Assembly (NCBI GenBank): GCA_002104905.1
Contig: MCFE01000040.1
Span: 62,001-126,000, forward strand
Direction: 5' to 3'
Source of the DNA: Basidiobolus meristosporus CBS 931.73
Taxonomy: Eukaryota; Fungi; Basidiobolomycota
DNA: 64,000 bases
The position numbers and the translations under genes were made by a program. Positions 25,701 to 38,785 of the stretch are shown here, in pieces. Under the pieces are notes generated by a model. The model worked only from the letters and a program-made list of their open reading frames with translations. It was not told the origin of the DNA and made no database searches. Position 1 is the stretch's first letter, and each line of letters begins with the position of its first letter.

Positions 25701-26473
25701 GTGTGAAATTTCAAGCACTGTTAGACTTTGAGGGTGACATTGTCTAGCTCTGTGGGCTACTTGCTGGAGGTAGGCATGACAAAGCACTCTGGATTGAGAA
25801 TCATCCAGAATTTAGTGAAGGGGAGAAATATATGGCAGATTAGGCCTATATAGAAGAGGATTGTCAGAGATTAGGATGTATTACAGCTTATAGGAAGCCA
25901 AGGAATGGTGTGCTTAGCAGGAAGCAGAAGCTCTACAATGAGATATTTAATCATTTTAGAGTGAGGGTAGAGTACACATTTGGATATCTGAAGAGATTCA
26001 GCATATTGGCAGGTAAATACAGAGGAAAGTCATATATAGGAGAAAACAGCAGAATAGGTAAAATAGTTAAGATACTTATTAATGCACAGTATGTTCATAC
26101 AAGAAGACATCCACTGAGAGACATGTGTCTGGAGCATTATGAAGAGTAAATAAAGTAAGGAAAGCACTATTCTGAGTAACATAAGTAAGATTGAGTAAAT
26201 TACCAGCAACTGTATCATAACACTGGCATCATGGTAGAAATTATTGTGCCAGATAGCTTGGTAGAGTGCCAGATTGATCCGGCACCATAAACAGGCTGGC
26301 ACTACCAACAGAACAAGTCTATTCCTTGTTGCTGCTGGCTAAGGATCAGGAGTAACTGTTGCTGTTGGGCCAGGATTTGCTGCATAGAATTTTTCCATCC
26401 TTGATTTTTGGACATCTTGAGGGAGGCTTCTTCTTTCTTCAGCGGCAATGTTTCTGGTTATTGCTGCTACCAA
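22798..26473 (-). pseudogene. Ty3 element C: PBS and gag relic, split by DNA transposon copy 2
   Basis: PBS TGGTAGCAGC at 26472-26463. The gag start MSKNQGWKNSMQQILAQQQQ continues after the 23646-26320 insertion ([11 protein letters not shown]...DSDLTFHMTDEYL). Its 5' LTR is 26474-26593 plus 31533-31816. Confidence 0.9.
23646..26320 (+). mobile_element. IS5/PIF-Harbinger-like DNA transposon, copy 2 (internally deleted mosaic)
   Basis: TIRs at both ends. TSD ATT (23643-45, 26321-23); removing the element restores gag CAAGGAATGACTAC. Transposase remnants at 25269-26149. Confidence 0.9.
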
Positions 26474-26962
26474 TCTTACAAGTCTTGGTATAAGGGTTGT
26501 AGAGGAATAGGGAGTTACGCCAGTTTTGTATTCACTAAAGCTTGATCTAATCCTTATTGAGATTCCAGCAGCTTGATCTAATCCTTATTGAGATGTTATG
26601 ATCTGCCGCTTGAATGTTTAAGTTAGATCAGTTTTTAGTCAAATCAATTAGTATATGTTTAGGTTATCAGTATATCAGTATTATCTATGAAATCAGTAGC
26701 ATTAGTCAGCAAATGAATCAGCAGATCCTTATCAGACAGAAATAGATATATTAAGTAGGATCTTATTGGGTGATGATGATGCAATCAAATGAGTCATCAG
26801 CCACAACCTACATTAGGAAATACAATTAGTCAGCAATTGATCTGGCAAAATGTATATAAGGAGCGGCTGGAACCTCAATAAAAATCAGTTCAAGTTTTAG
26901 TGAATACAATACTAGCTAAACTCCCTATTCCTCTACAACTCTTATACCAAGACTTGTAACAT

Positions 26963-26973
26963 TGGTAGCAGCG
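26963..26973 (+). promoter_or_regulatory. Primer-binding site (tRNA-iMet 3' end type)
   Basis: TGGTAGCAGCG one base after the 5' LTR; complementary to a ...CTGCTACCA tRNA end. Confidence 0.8.
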
Positions 26974-27113
26974 ATAACCAGAAACCTCCCTCCTGAAGAA
27001 AAGAAGAAACCACCCTCAAGATGTCGGACAATCAAGAATGGAAGAATGCCATGCAGCAAATCCTGGCCCAACAGCAACAGCTACTCCAGATCCTCAGCCA
27101 ACAGTAACAAGGA

Positions 27114-30100
27114 ATGACTACCATGGCTCAGAGCCAACAAAGCCCTGTCAAGAGCAACTTTAGTGTGAAGGCCAACCGGTACCATGGCAGAGTCAATGAA
27201 AACCTGGGAACTTGGCTCTTTCAGATTGAAGAAGCTTTTAAAGCTAAAGGAATTGCTCCAGAGAGCAAGTTGCATTATGCAGCTTCTTACCTGGCAGATG
27301 CAGCTTTACAGTGGTACCACAACAAGATCAGGTCAGCTACTATGATGGGATGCTCTACAATCTCTACCTGGGATGAGTTTGTGTCGGAAATTCAGGATGC
27401 TTTTGAACCTCCACACCAGCAGACACTACTAAGAAGGAAGTTAAAGACACTCAGACAGAAAGGAATGGTGCAAGAATACATCTATGAGTACAGATGTCTA
27501 CTTGGACAAATTGAAAGAATGGACCCCTTGGATCAAGTTGAATACTTTATTGATGGGTTGAAAGAAAGAACTCGCAAGGAAGTCAATTACCGAAGACCTC
27601 AGACTATTGAAGAAGCCATCAAGATTGCCATTGACTATGACTCAGCTATGTTTGGAGTTGGGAAGCCTACAGTGACTAATCAGAAAGGCTATAATCATTA
27701 TGAAAGAAGACAATCAGAAGCAGTACCAATGGAAATAGACGCTATGCAGAAGAATCCCTCCTCAGAAGAATGCAAGAAGAGAGGACTTTGCTTCAATTGC
27801 CACCAGCAGGGACATATTGCAAAGTACTGCCCTCAGAGAAGAAATGGACACCAGCCAACAAGAACCTTCTACCATATTGAGTCCCATGAACACAGTAATG
27901 TGGAAGATGAGCTTGAAGAAGACTTGGAACTCACCTTCCATATGACAGAAGAGTACTTGTCCCAAATGACTTCAAACTCAGGGAAGTTATTGTACTTGAA
28001 TGGAGTAATCAATGGAGTACCTGCCAAGATCATGATTGACTCAGGAGCATCGCATGAATACATGTCAGAGCAATTTGCTTTGAAAGCTGGAATCAACTTG
28101 GAACCTACCAAATCAACTTCAGTTTCCACAGCTGATGGGAACTCCCACATAATCAACCGTATTACCCAGCCAGTAAGAATGAAGATCAATGACTATGAAG
28201 AAGACCTACAGGCTTATATATTTGGGAACTGCAAGTTTGACCTTGTACTTGGAAAAACCTGGCTATTTTGTCGTAATCCATCAATCAACTGGAGAACCCA
28301 TGCTACTCAGATTCAAAAAGACAACAAGACCTATGAGCTATTACCTGCCATGCTGGATTTCAACTTGGTCAATTCCAGTGTGTGTGAGACAAGTGAACTT
28401 AGCAAGACCCAGTTCTGTAGAGCACTTAGAAAAGGTACCGAGATGTTCCTCATGGCGGTATTACAGGAGGATTCCTCTACCCCAGCACCCCAGCAGGTCC
28501 AGACTCTCTTGAAGAAATATTCAGACGTGTTTCCAGATGAGCTTGTAAGCCTACCACCAGTCAGAGACGTGGATCATGCCATTGACACAGGAGATAGCCC
28601 TCCAGTGAGCAAGACACCTTACAGAATGAGTCCATTGGAATTGGAGGAAATGAAGAGACAAATTGATCAGCTATTGGAGCAAGGATACATCAGGCCCAGC
28701 AAGTCACCCTGGGGAGCACCAGTGCTTTTTGTGAAAAAGAAGGATGGAACACTTAGGATGTGCATTGACTACAGAGCCCTGAACTCAGTTACCGTCAAGA
28801 ATAAGTACCCCATACCTCGGATTGATGAGCTTTTAGACCAACTTAATGGAGCCACTATTTTCAGCAAGATTGACCTCATGTCAGGATACAACCAGATTAG
28901 GGTGAAACCAGAAGATATCCCTAAGACAGCATTCAGGACCAGATATGGACATTACGAGTACTTAGTCATGAGTTTTGGCCTCACTAATGCCCCTGCAACA
29001 TTCATGACGCTGATGCAGACTGTCTTTCAGGAGTACTTAGACAAGTTTGTGATAATCTACCTGGATGACATATTGATATACAGCAAGACAGAAATGGATC
29101 ACATGGTACACATTGAAAAGGTGTTGAAGAAATTAAGAGAGAACAAGCTATATGGCAAGCTAGCCAAGTGTGAATTCTTCAAGGAACACGTAGAATATCT
29201 GGGACACATAGTGACTAGCACAGGAGTAACCTTAGACCCCAAGAAGGTGGAAGTAATCAAGAATTTGAAGCAGCCCCATAGCATATCAGAACTCAGATCC
29301 TTCCTTGGAATGGTTTCCTATTATCGGAGATTTGTCAAGTCATTTGCAAGTATTGCAGCCCCTTTAACTGATATCCTCAAGAAAGACAATACCTACAAGT
29401 GGGACATAGCTTGTGAGACTGCCTTCCAGACGCTAAAGAATGAACTTGCTAAGTTGCCAAGCTTAAGAATACCAGACTTCAGAAAAGAGTTCACTCTATG
29501 CACAGATGCTTCAGATTATGCAATTGGTGGAGTGCTGAGCCAAGAACACGAGGGAAAGGACTACCCTGTTGCCTTTGAATCCAAGAAACTGAACTCAGCA
29601 GAACAAAACTATCCAGTCCATGAGAAGGAGATGCTTGCTATAATACACTGTTTGAAGACATGGAGATGCTATATTGAAGGAGTCAAATGCACTGTGAAGA
29701 CTGATCATGCCTCCCTCAAGTATATATTTACTCAGAAGGTACTCTCTAGAAGAATGACAAGATGGAGTGAATACATTCAGCAATTTGACCTGGAGATTGT
29801 CTACTGCCCTGGAAAAAACAACACGGTTGCTGATGCCTTATCAAGATTAGATCAAGTTGCACAACTCAACTTGGTGCATGAATCAGATTGGCCTAGCCTA
29901 TTACCAAAGTACTTGGAGGACCAAGCCATTCCTAATGAGGTGGATGAAGATATCAAGAAGATAATCCGGGATGAAGCCAGCAAATTTGTTGTACAGGATG
30001 AAACACTCTACCGAATTGTTGATGGAAGCCCTATTGCCTATTGTCCTTATGTTGCTCGCCTGGATTTAATACATAAGCTACACAATGGATATGGACATCT

Positions 30101-31154
30101 TGGGATTGAAGGAACCTATAGCCTTGTGAAAGCCAGAGCATGGTGGCCCAGAATGAAACAAGATATTGAGAAGCTAGTGAAAACATGTCCAAACTGCCAA
30201 ATCAATCAGGGCCAGCCACAAAGAATTGCCGAACTCTTCCCTTTGGAGCCTGTAAGACCATTTGAGAGATGGGGAATTGACTTTATTGGAAGACTGCCAA
30301 CTACCAGGAAATGCAACCGTTGGATCCTAGTAGCAATTGACCATGCCACTAAATGGCCTGTTGCTAAAGCTGTACCAATAGCCAGTGAACAAGAAGTTGC
30401 AAGTTTCATTTACCATGAGATCCTGATGAAGTTTGGATGCCCTGTGGAGATCTTATCTGATAGAGGTGCAAACTTTATGTCAAAGACATTAGAGGCTTAC
30501 CTGGAAATGCAGCAGATCAGACACTTGAAAACCTCGGCATATCACCCCAGAACTAATGGAGTCACTGAGCGGTTTAATGGATTATTTGGAAAAATGCTGA
30601 CTAAGTATGCAAATGGAGTTGTCAGTAGATGGGATGAGTATATAGACCAAGCACTCTTTGCATGCAGAGTCAGAGTACACAACACCACCCAGCAATCACC
30701 ATTTTACTTAGTTTATGGATGTGAACCTAGGATTCCAGGAGATCTCACACAACCCAAGCTTACAGATGCCTTAGAAGATGAACTTAGTCAGCCAAGTAGA
30801 CACCAGCAACTGGAACAAAGACGTCAAGAGGCACAGACCAAAGTATCTCAAAGTGCAGAAAAGATGAAGCAGAGATTTGATAAGACTATAGCACCAGAAG
30901 CATTGACAGTTGGGAACTTTGTATTGCTAAGAAACAACACTCAAAAGAAGTTTGAGCCACAATGGACAGGACCATTCAAGATCATCAGAGAATGTCCATT
31001 TGCAACTTACCAACTGGTGGACAAGCAAGGTAATATCCGGGAAGACTTAGTGCATAGGGACAGACTCAAGCTTGCAAGACTTGCTGATAATACTGAACCA
31101 TCAAGATATTGGTATCACAAGAAAAGAGATTCAGGAGAACCCTCTCAACTTTAG
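27114..31154 (+). CDS. Ty3/gypsy Gag-Pol polyprotein (single ORF)
   Basis: 1346 aa: gag, CCHC knuckle ([14 protein letters not shown]), protease (MIDSGAS), RT ([17 protein letters not shown]), RNase H (LCTDASD), integrase HHCC and DDE (WGIDFIG, SDRG, TERFN) and GPF motif. No chromodomain. An upstream in-frame ATG at 27021 is cut off by TAA at 27105-07. Confidence 0.97.
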   Translation: MTTMAQSQQSPVKSNFSVKANRYHGRVNENLGTWLFQIEEAFKAKGIAPESKLHYAASYLADAALQWYHNKIRSATMMGCSTISTWDEFVSEIQDAFEPPHQQTLLRRKLKTLRQKGMVQEYIYEYRCLLGQIERMDPLDQVEYFIDGLKERTRKEVNYRRPQTIEEAIKIAIDYDSAMFGVGKPTVTNQKGYNHYERRQSEAVPMEIDAMQKNPSSEECKKRGLCFNCHQQGHIAKYCPQRRNGHQPTRTFYHIESHEHSNVEDELEEDLELTFHMTEEYLSQMTSNSGKLLYLNGVINGVPAKIMIDSGASHEYMSEQFALKAGINLEPTKSTSVSTADGNSHIINRITQPVRMKINDYEEDLQAYIFGNCKFDLVLGKTWLFCRNPSINWRTHATQIQKDNKTYELLPAMLDFNLVNSSVCETSELSKTQFCRALRKGTEMFLMAVLQEDSSTPAPQQVQTLLKKYSDVFPDELVSLPPVRDVDHAIDTGDSPPVSKTPYRMSPLELEEMKRQIDQLLEQGYIRPSKSPWGAPVLFVKKKDGTLRMCIDYRALNSVTVKNKYPIPRIDELLDQLNGATIFSKIDLMSGYNQIRVKPEDIPKTAFRTRYGHYEYLVMSFGLTNAPATFMTLMQTVFQEYLDKFVIIYLDDILIYSKTEMDHMVHIEKVLKKLRENKLYGKLAKCEFFKEHVEYLGHIVTSTGVTLDPKKVEVIKNLKQPHSISELRSFLGMVSYYRRFVKSFASIAAPLTDILKKDNTYKWDIACETAFQTLKNELAKLPSLRIPDFRKEFTLCTDASDYAIGGVLSQEHEGKDYPVAFESKKLNSAEQNYPVHEKEMLAIIHCLKTWRCYIEGVKCTVKTDHASLKYIFTQKVLSRRMTRWSEYIQQFDLEIVYCPGKNNTVADALSRLDQVAQLNLVHESDWPSLLPKYLEDQAIPNEVDEDIKKIIRDEASKFVVQDETLYRIVDGSPIAYCPYVARLDLIHKLHNGYGHLGIEGTYSLVKARAWWPRMKQDIEKLVKTCPNCQINQGQPQRIAELFPLEPVRPFERWGIDFIGRLPTTRKCNRWILVAIDHATKWPVAKAVPIASEQEVASFIYHEILMKFGCPVEILSDRGANFMSKTLEAYLEMQQIRHLKTSAYHPRTNGVTERFNGLFGKMLTKYANGVVSRWDEYIDQALFACRVRVHNTTQQSPFYLVYGCEPRIPGDLTQPKLTDALEDELSQPSRHQQLEQRRQEAQTKVSQSAEKMKQRFDKTIAPEALTVGNFVLLRNNTQKKFEPQWTGPFKIIRECPFATYQLVDKQGNIREDLVHRDRLKLARLADNTEPSRYWYHKKRDSGEPSQL

Positions 31155-31164
31155 TAGGGGAGAA
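31153..31164 (+). promoter_or_regulatory. Polypurine tract
   Basis: AGTAGGGGAGAA immediately 5' of the 3' LTR. Confidence 0.85.
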
Positions 31165-31532
31165 TGTTATGATCTGCCGCTTGAATGTTTAAGTTAGATC
31201 AGTTTTTAGTCAAATCAATTAGTATATGTTTAGGTTATCAGTATATCAGTATTATCTATGAAATCAGTAGCATTAGTCAGCAAATGAATCAGCAGATCCT
31301 TATCAGACAGAAATAGATATATTAAGTAGGATCTTATTGGGTGATGATGATGCAATCAAATGAGTCATCAGCCACAACCTACATTAGGAAATACAATTAG
31401 TCAGCAATTGATCTGGCAAAATGTATATAAGGAGCGGCTGGAACCTCAATAAAAATCAGTTCAAGTTTTAGTGAATACAATACTAGCTAAACTCCCTATT
31501 CCTCTACAACTCTTATACCAAGACTTGTAACA

Positions 31533-31816
31533 GAGATTCCAGCAGCTCCTTATATACATTTTGCCAAATCAATTGCTGACTAATTTTATTTCCTAATGCA
31601 GGCTGTGGCTGATGACTCATTTGATTGTATCATCATCACCCAATAAGATGCTGCCTAATATATATATTTCTGCCTGAGAAGGATCTGCTTATTCAATTGC
31701 CAACTAATGCTGCTGATTTGATAGATAATACTGATATACTGATAAGCTAAGCATATAACTAATTGATTTGACTACAAGCTGATCCAACTTAAGCATTCAA
31801 GAAGCAGATCATAGCA
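31533..31816 (-). repeat. Remainder of the element C 5' LTR
   Basis: Reverse-complement match to the family LTR. Joins 26474-26593 once element I is removed. Confidence 0.9.
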
Positions 31817-32562
31817 CAGCAATAACCAGAAACCTCCCTTCTGAAGAAAGAAGAAGTCTCCCTCAAGATGTCCAAAAATCAAGAATGGAAGAATTCTATG
31901 CAGCAAGTTCTGGCCCAACAGCAACAGTTACTCCTGATCCTTAGCCAGCAGCAACAAGGAATAACTACCATGGCCCAAAGCCAGCAACACCCTGTCAAGA
32001 GCAACTTTAGTGTGAAGGTCAACTGGTACCATGGTAAAGTCAATGAAAACCTGGGAACTTTGCTCTTCCAGATGGAAGCTTTCAAGGCCATGGGAATTGC
32101 TCCAGAAAGAAAGTTATATCATGCAGTCTCTTACCTGGCAGATGCAGCTTTACAGTGGTACCACAACAAGATTGGGTAAGCTACCATGATGGGATGCTCC
32201 ACAATCTCTACCTGTGATGAATTTGTGTTGGAATTTCACGATGCTTTTGATCCTCCACACCAGCAGGCACTACTGTGCAGCAAGTTGAAGACACTCAGAC
32301 AGAAATGAATGGTTCAAGAGCACATCTATGAATATAGATGCTTACTTGGACAAATTGAAAGAATGGACCCCCTGGATCAAGTGGAATACTTGATTGGTGG
32401 GTTGAAAGAAAGGGCTTGTAATCAGGTGAATTATCAAAGTCCCCAGACTATTGAAGTAGCCATCAAGATTGCCATTGACTATGACTCAGCTATGTTTACA
32501 GTTGGTAAGCCCACAATGACTAACCAGAGAGGCTACAATCATTATGAGAGAAGACAATCAGA

Positions 32563-32929
32563 TGTTACAAGTCTTGGTATAAGACTTCTAGAGGAATAGG
32601 GAGTTTAGCTAGTATTGTATTCACTAAAACTTGAACTGATTCTTATTGAGGTTCCAGCAGCTCCTTATATACATTTTGCTAGATTAATTGCTGACTAATT
32701 GTATTTCATAATGTAGGTTGTGGCTGATGACTCATTTGATTGCATCATCATCACCCAATAAGATCTTACTTAATATATCTATTTCTGTCTGATAAGGATC
32801 TGCTGATTCATTTGCTGACTAATGCACTGATTTCATATATGATACTGATATACTGATAACCTAAACATATACTAATTGATTTGACTAAAAACTGATCACA
32901 CTTAAACATTCAAGCGGCAGATCATAACA
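32563..32929 (-). repeat. Solo LTR (family I) inserted in gag of B
   Basis: 367 bp, TG...CA, TSD CAGA. Confidence 0.95.
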
Positions 32930-35900
32930 CAGAAGCAGTGCTAAAGGAAATAGATGTTATGCAGAGGAATCCTACCTCAGAAGAATTCAAGTAGAAACAA
33001 TTTGCTTCAATTGCCACCAACAGGGACATATTGCATGGTACTGCCCTCAGAGAAGAAACGAACACTTGCCATCAAGAACCTTCAACCATATTGAAGCCCT
33101 TGAGCATAGTAACATGGAGGATGAGCCTGCCGGAGACTCAGATCTCACCTTCCATATGACTGAAGAATACCTATCCCAGATGGCCTCCAACTCAGGAATG
33201 CTATTATACTTCGATGGAGTAATCAATGGAGTACATACCAAGATTGTGATTGATCTAGGAGCATTGCATGAGTACATGTCAGAGCAGTTTGCTTTGAAAT
33301 CTTGAATCAACTAGGAACCCCCCAAATCAACTTCAGGCTGAACAGCCAATGGGAACTGTCACATAATCATCCGTATTAGTCAGCCAGTAAGGATGAAGAT
33401 CTATGACTATAAAGAATACATTCAGGCCTATATATTTGGGAACTGCAAGTTTGACCTTGTACTTGGAAAAACCTGGCTATTTAGTTGTAATCCATGAATC
33501 TACTAGAGTACCATACAATTCAGATCCAGAAGGACAAATAGACCTATGAGCTATTACCTGCCAAACTGGATTTCAACTTGATCAACTCCAGTGTGTGTGA
33601 AACAAGCAAACTTAGCAAGACACAGTTCTGTAGAGCACTAAGAAAAGGCACCCAGATGTTCCTCATGGCAGTATTACAGGAGGATTCCTCTACTCCAGTA
33701 CCCCAGAAGATCCAGACTCTCTTGAAGTAATATTCAGACATATTGTCAGATGTGCTTGTAAACCTACCATGAGTCAGAGATGTGGATCATGCCATTGACA
33801 CAGGAGATAGCCCTCCTGTGAGTAAGACACCTTACAGCATGAGTCCATTGGAGTTGGAGGAGATGAAGAGACAAATAGATCAGTTATTGGAGCAAGAATA
33901 TATCAGACCCACCAAGTAACCTTACAGTGAAGAAAAAGTACCCTATATCTTGGATTGATGGGCTTTTGGACTAACTCAATGGAGCCACTATTGTCAGCAA
34001 GATTGACCTCAAGTCCAGATACAACCAGATTAGGGTGAAGACAGAAGACATCCCTAAGACAGCATTCAGAAACAGAAATGGACATTACAAGTACTTAGTC
34101 ATGAGCTTTGGCCTCTCCAATGCCGCTGCAACATTCATGACCCTGATGCAGACTGTCTGCCAGGAGTACCTAGACAAGTTTGTGATAATCTATACAGATG
34201 ACATATTGATATACAGCAAGACAGAAGTGGATCATGTGGTGCACATTAAAAAGGTCTTGAAGAAGACCAGAGAGTACAAACTATATGGTATGCTAGCCAT
34301 GTGTGAATTCTTCAAGGAACACGTTGAATAACTGGGACACATAGTGACTAGCACAGGAATAACCTTAGACCCTAAGAAGGTTGAAGTTATCAAGAGTCTG
34401 AAGCAGCACCATAGCATATCAGAGCTCACACCATTCCTTGGAATGGTTTCCTATTATTGGAAATTTGTCAAGTTCTTTGCAAGTATTGCAGCCCCTTGAA
34501 CTGATATCCTCAAGAAAGACAATACCTTTAAGTGGGACATAGCTTGTGAGACTGCCTTCCAGATGCTAACAACTGAACTTGCTAAGCTGCCAAGCTTAAG
34601 AATACCTGACTTCAGGAAAGAGTTTACTCCGTGCACAGATGCTTCAGATTATGCAATTGGTGGAGTGTTGAGCCAAATACACAAGTGAAAGGACTACCCT
34701 GTTGCTTTTGAATCCAAGAAACTGAACTCAGCAGAACAAAACTATCCAGTGCATTAGAAGGAGATGCTTGCTACAACACACTGTTTGAAGACATGGAGAT
34801 GCTATATTGAAGGAGTCAAATGCACTGTGAAGACTAATGACGCCTCCATCAAGTATATTTTTACTCAGAAGGTACTCTCTAGATGATTGATAAGATGGAG
34901 TGAATACATTCAGCAATTTGACCTTGAGATTGTCTACTGCCCTGGAAAAAACAACACAGTTGCTGATGCCTTATCAAGATTATATCAAGTTGCACAACTC
35001 AGCTTGGTGCATGAATCAGATTGGCCTAGCCTATTACCAAAGTACATCAAGGACCATGCCATTCTTAATGAGGTAGATGAAGATATCAAGAAGATAATCC
35101 AGGATGAAGCCAGCAAATTTGTAGTACATGATGAAATACTCTACCAAATTGTCAATGGAAGCCCTATTACCTATTGCCCTTATGTTTCTCACCTGGATTC
35201 AATACATCAGCTACACAATGGATATGGACATCTTGGAATTGAAGGAGCCTATAGCCTTGTGAAAGCCAGAGCATGGTGGCCCAGTATGAAACATGACATT
35301 GAGAAGCTAGTGAATACATGCCCAAGTTGCCAAATCAACCAAGGCCAACCACAGAGAATTGCTGAACTCTTTCCCTTGGAGCCTGTTATACCATTTGAAA
35401 GATGGGGGATTGACTTTATTGGACAACTGCCAATTACCAGGAAATGCAACCATTGGATCCTAGTAGCAATTGACCATCCCACCAAATGGCCAGTGGCAAA
35501 AGCTGTACCTACAGTCAGTGAACAAGAAATTGCAAGTTTCATCTACCATGAGATCCTTAGGAAGTTTGGATGCCCTGTAGTGATTCTATCCAATAGAGGT
35601 GCAAACTTTATATCAAAGACATTGAAAGCTTACCTGGAAATGCAGCAGATCAAACACTTAAAAACCTCAGCATATTGCCCCACAACTGATGGAGTCACTG
35701 AACAATTTAATGTATTATTTGGAAAAATGCTGACCAAGTATGCAAATGGAGCTGTCAGTAGATGGGATGAGTATATAGACCAAGCACCCTTGGCATGCAG
35801 AGTCAGAGTACACAACACTACCCAACAATTGCCATTTTACTTAAGACTTGTCCCGTTGGATGGTGCCATATAGTGCCAGCCTGTTTATAGTGCTGGATCA

Positions 35901-36016
35901 ATTGGGCACTATCTGGCACTATAATCTCTACAATCATACCAGTGGTAGGTTTTAGTTACTAGTAATTTTACTCAATTTTACTTACGTTGCTCAGAGTAGT
36001 GCTTTCCTTGCTTTAT

Positions 36017-37273
36017 TTACTCTTCATAATGCTCCAGACACATTTCTCTCAGTGGATATCTTCTTGTATCAATTTGCTGTGCATTGATAAGTATCTTAAC
36101 TATTTTACCTATTCTGCTGTTTTCTTCTATATATGACTTTCCTCTGCATTTACCTGCCAATATGCTGAATCTCTTCAGATATCCAGATGTATGCTCTACC
36201 CTCACTCCAAAATGATTAGATATCTCATTGTAGAGCTTCTGCTTCCTGCTAAGCACACCATTCCTTGGCTTTGTATAAACTGTAATATATCCTAATCTCT
36301 GACAATCCTCTCCTATATAAGCCAAGTCTGCAATACATTTCTCCCCTCTACTGAATTCTGGATGATTCTCTACGCAGAGTGCTTTGTCATGCCTACTTGC
36401 AGCAAATGGCCCACTAAACCAGATGATGTTACCCTCAATGTCAGACAGTGCTTGAAACTTCACACAGTGTGCCTTGTACTTGCTAGAATAAAAGTGCCCC
36501 TGTCCTCCAGAAGGTCTGTTAATCCTGACTGGGAAAGTATCCAAAATACTCCTTCTATGGAACCTGTTGCTGAACACTCTGGGATATGGAAGTCTATTGG
36601 AGCTTCTAAACCTGGTACTCCAAGCTTGCTCTAAGTCAATCATACCCTCTGCAAGGCAGTTCTCCATTGCTGTCAGCTGAGAATGAAAGCTTCTAGGACT
36701 TTTGTTGCCATGGATGGTGGTATGAAACCTTGTAGGGCAATAGTTCTTGTATTTGCAGAGAAGCTTAACAAGGGATCTCCTTGAGTAGATTGGGGTAGAT
36801 GGATCACAATACTTGGTACAGATCTCCTCTAGTGCGTCAAAAGGTGTTATGATCTGCCGCTTGAATGTTTAAGTTAGATCAGTTTTTAGTCAAATCAATT
36901 AGTATATGTTTAGGTTATCAGTATATCAGTATTATCTATGAAATCAGTAGCATTAGTCAGCAAATGAATCAGCAGATCCTTATCAGACAGAAATAGATAT
37001 ATTAAGTAAGATCTTATTGGGTGATGATGATGCAATCAAATGAGTCATCAGCCACAACCTACATTAGGAAATACAATTAGTCAGCAATTGATCTGGCAAA
37101 ATGTATATAAGGAGCTGCTGGAACCTCAATAAAAATCAGTTCAAGTTTTAGTGAATACAATACTAGCTAAACTCCCTATTCCTCTACAACTCTGATACCA
37201 AGACTTGTAACAAAGGAAATCCAGTGGTAGTGATAGAATTGATGAGAAAAGACCATTCAGATGAGTAAGTCAT
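36017..37273 (-). pseudogene. DDE_Tnp_4 (IS5/ISL2/Harbinger-type) transposase, interrupted only by a solo LTR
   Basis: Removing 36841-37212 gives an 885-nt open frame (294 aa): MTYSSEW...ILDTF(D)...YSSKYKAHCVKFQ...SRHD...IADLAY(D)...RVEH(E). Confidence 0.88.
36845..37212 (+). repeat. Solo LTR (family I)
   Basis: 368 bp, about 3 differences from the element I LTR, TSD AAGG. Confidence 0.97.
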
Positions 37274-37714
37274 ATTAAAATTGATACAGTATTAAGTAAA
37301 GGTGATTTGATTTGATTCAGCACAATAAACTTTATTTATCTGATTTTCCATGCATTATGATTAATTCTCCATCAATTGTCATGTATCCCATTGTTATGTT
37401 GCAAGAATTATCCTCAAACAATGACTGGGAATTTTTATTGATGTTTTATTTGCAAGTGTATAATCAAATAGGAAATCTGCGATTGATGTGATCTGATCCG
37501 TGTCAATGCAATCCAAGATGCATCTTGCATAATATATGGAAAATTCAACAATCACATTAGTTTATATATACATATTTCATATAAGAGCCGGTTGATGCCA
37601 ATACACCACTGTATAAGTATCCAAATCTGTCACTATGGTCCCTATACCAAGTCTCAACTCATCTTTAGTTAAACCCAGACAAAACCCATCCCCCAGCTCA
37701 CAAGCGCCGTCCGG

Positions 37715-38785
37715 TGTAGTAGGGTGACAGTGACACCCACTGACAGATGTGCTCATTCCCTTATTTTCTACGTCCCTAAATCTCTACTACACTTATTTTA
37801 GTTTTATCCCATTTGTCTTACCTGATCAGTACTATCCCATAAGCCAGTTGACTATCACTCCTGCTTACCTTATTGCATAAGTTACCCCTCACTTTATGTA
37901 AGATTACTAGCTATAAGTGCTTCTATATTAGGCAAGTACCCGTGCAAGTACCCATGACACATGATCAACCTGTGTCACCATCCCTACCATTTCCATACCA
38001 TATATGGTATCCCTAAGTTACACAGGTTTCAGAATACTGATTCCTGATTGGTTTGGTGTGCTGTGCCTCTTAGAACCTTCCAGCACCTACTTAGAACATT
38101 CCTAGGTCATTCTGATGTCATTAAGATTTCTATTCATATCTGGAACCTTCTGGAATTCCATGATTAGTGATCACTTAGCCAGTGAGACAAGTATATAAGG
38201 GAGGCTATCCCTCAACAATAAATCATCATCTCTTTTATCAATATACCAACTTGTTGATTAGTGTGATTACTGCTACCTGCTGATACCCAAACTTTCAACC
38301 CTAGACCACAGGAAACTCCCAGGAAACCACGCTGACAGCCAACTGACCTTGGATGCACTACTTGTGAGGAATACTCAGGGTAGGTATTGTTTATTGTACT
38401 TGATTCTTTCCCAAGTTTGTTCTTGTACAGGCAATGATACTTTTCTGTCTTTGTAACTATTGACCACAGCTGCATTCTTATCAAGTCCCTGCTAGAGGAG
38501 TTTACAGTTGTTTTGACTTTGGAAACTTTAGTACATTGTCATCTCAAAGGATGCTGAACCCAGCACATACTTTTGTTAAGACGCCAACTAAGTTGGGGAT
38601 TGTAGCTCAATAGTTTTCCCTTGACAAGCTTGTGGCTTTATTCCCCTTCACATCAAATTAGAGACAGAACCCAAGTATTCCTAGCAAGCTTTTGCCAGAG
38701 GTTATTGCACCCAGTAAACACCCCACACACAAAACACTTGAGAAGTGTTGGATGTATCTTTCCCTTGGACCTATACACCACCGCA
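37715..38785 (+). repeat. Solo LTR, family L2
   Basis: 1071 bp, TG...CA, TSD CCGG/CCAG. Confidence 0.9.

Larger units (their letters stand above)
26594..31532 (+). mobile_element. Young full-length Ty3/gypsy retrotransposon (element I)
   Basis: The 368-bp LTRs (26594-26961, 31165-31532) show no difference by eye. TG...CA ends, 4-bp TSD GAGA, PBS and PPT present. Confidence 0.98.

Noticed and set aside
26950-26961. Family I LTR end (AGACTTGTAACA) shares 8 bp with the DNA transposon TIR (AGACTTGTT)
   Set aside because: Short match, different TSD lengths and no shared subterminal motifs; treated as coincidence.
26963-26973. PBS sequences as tRNA genes
   Set aside because: Only 10-14-nt complements; no cloverleaf or A/B boxes.
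31817-35843. Classical RIP as the main cause of decay
   Set aside because: The clearest bias is at CpG, and there are also transversions and indels. Some CpA hits exist, but a RIP index could not be computed by eye.
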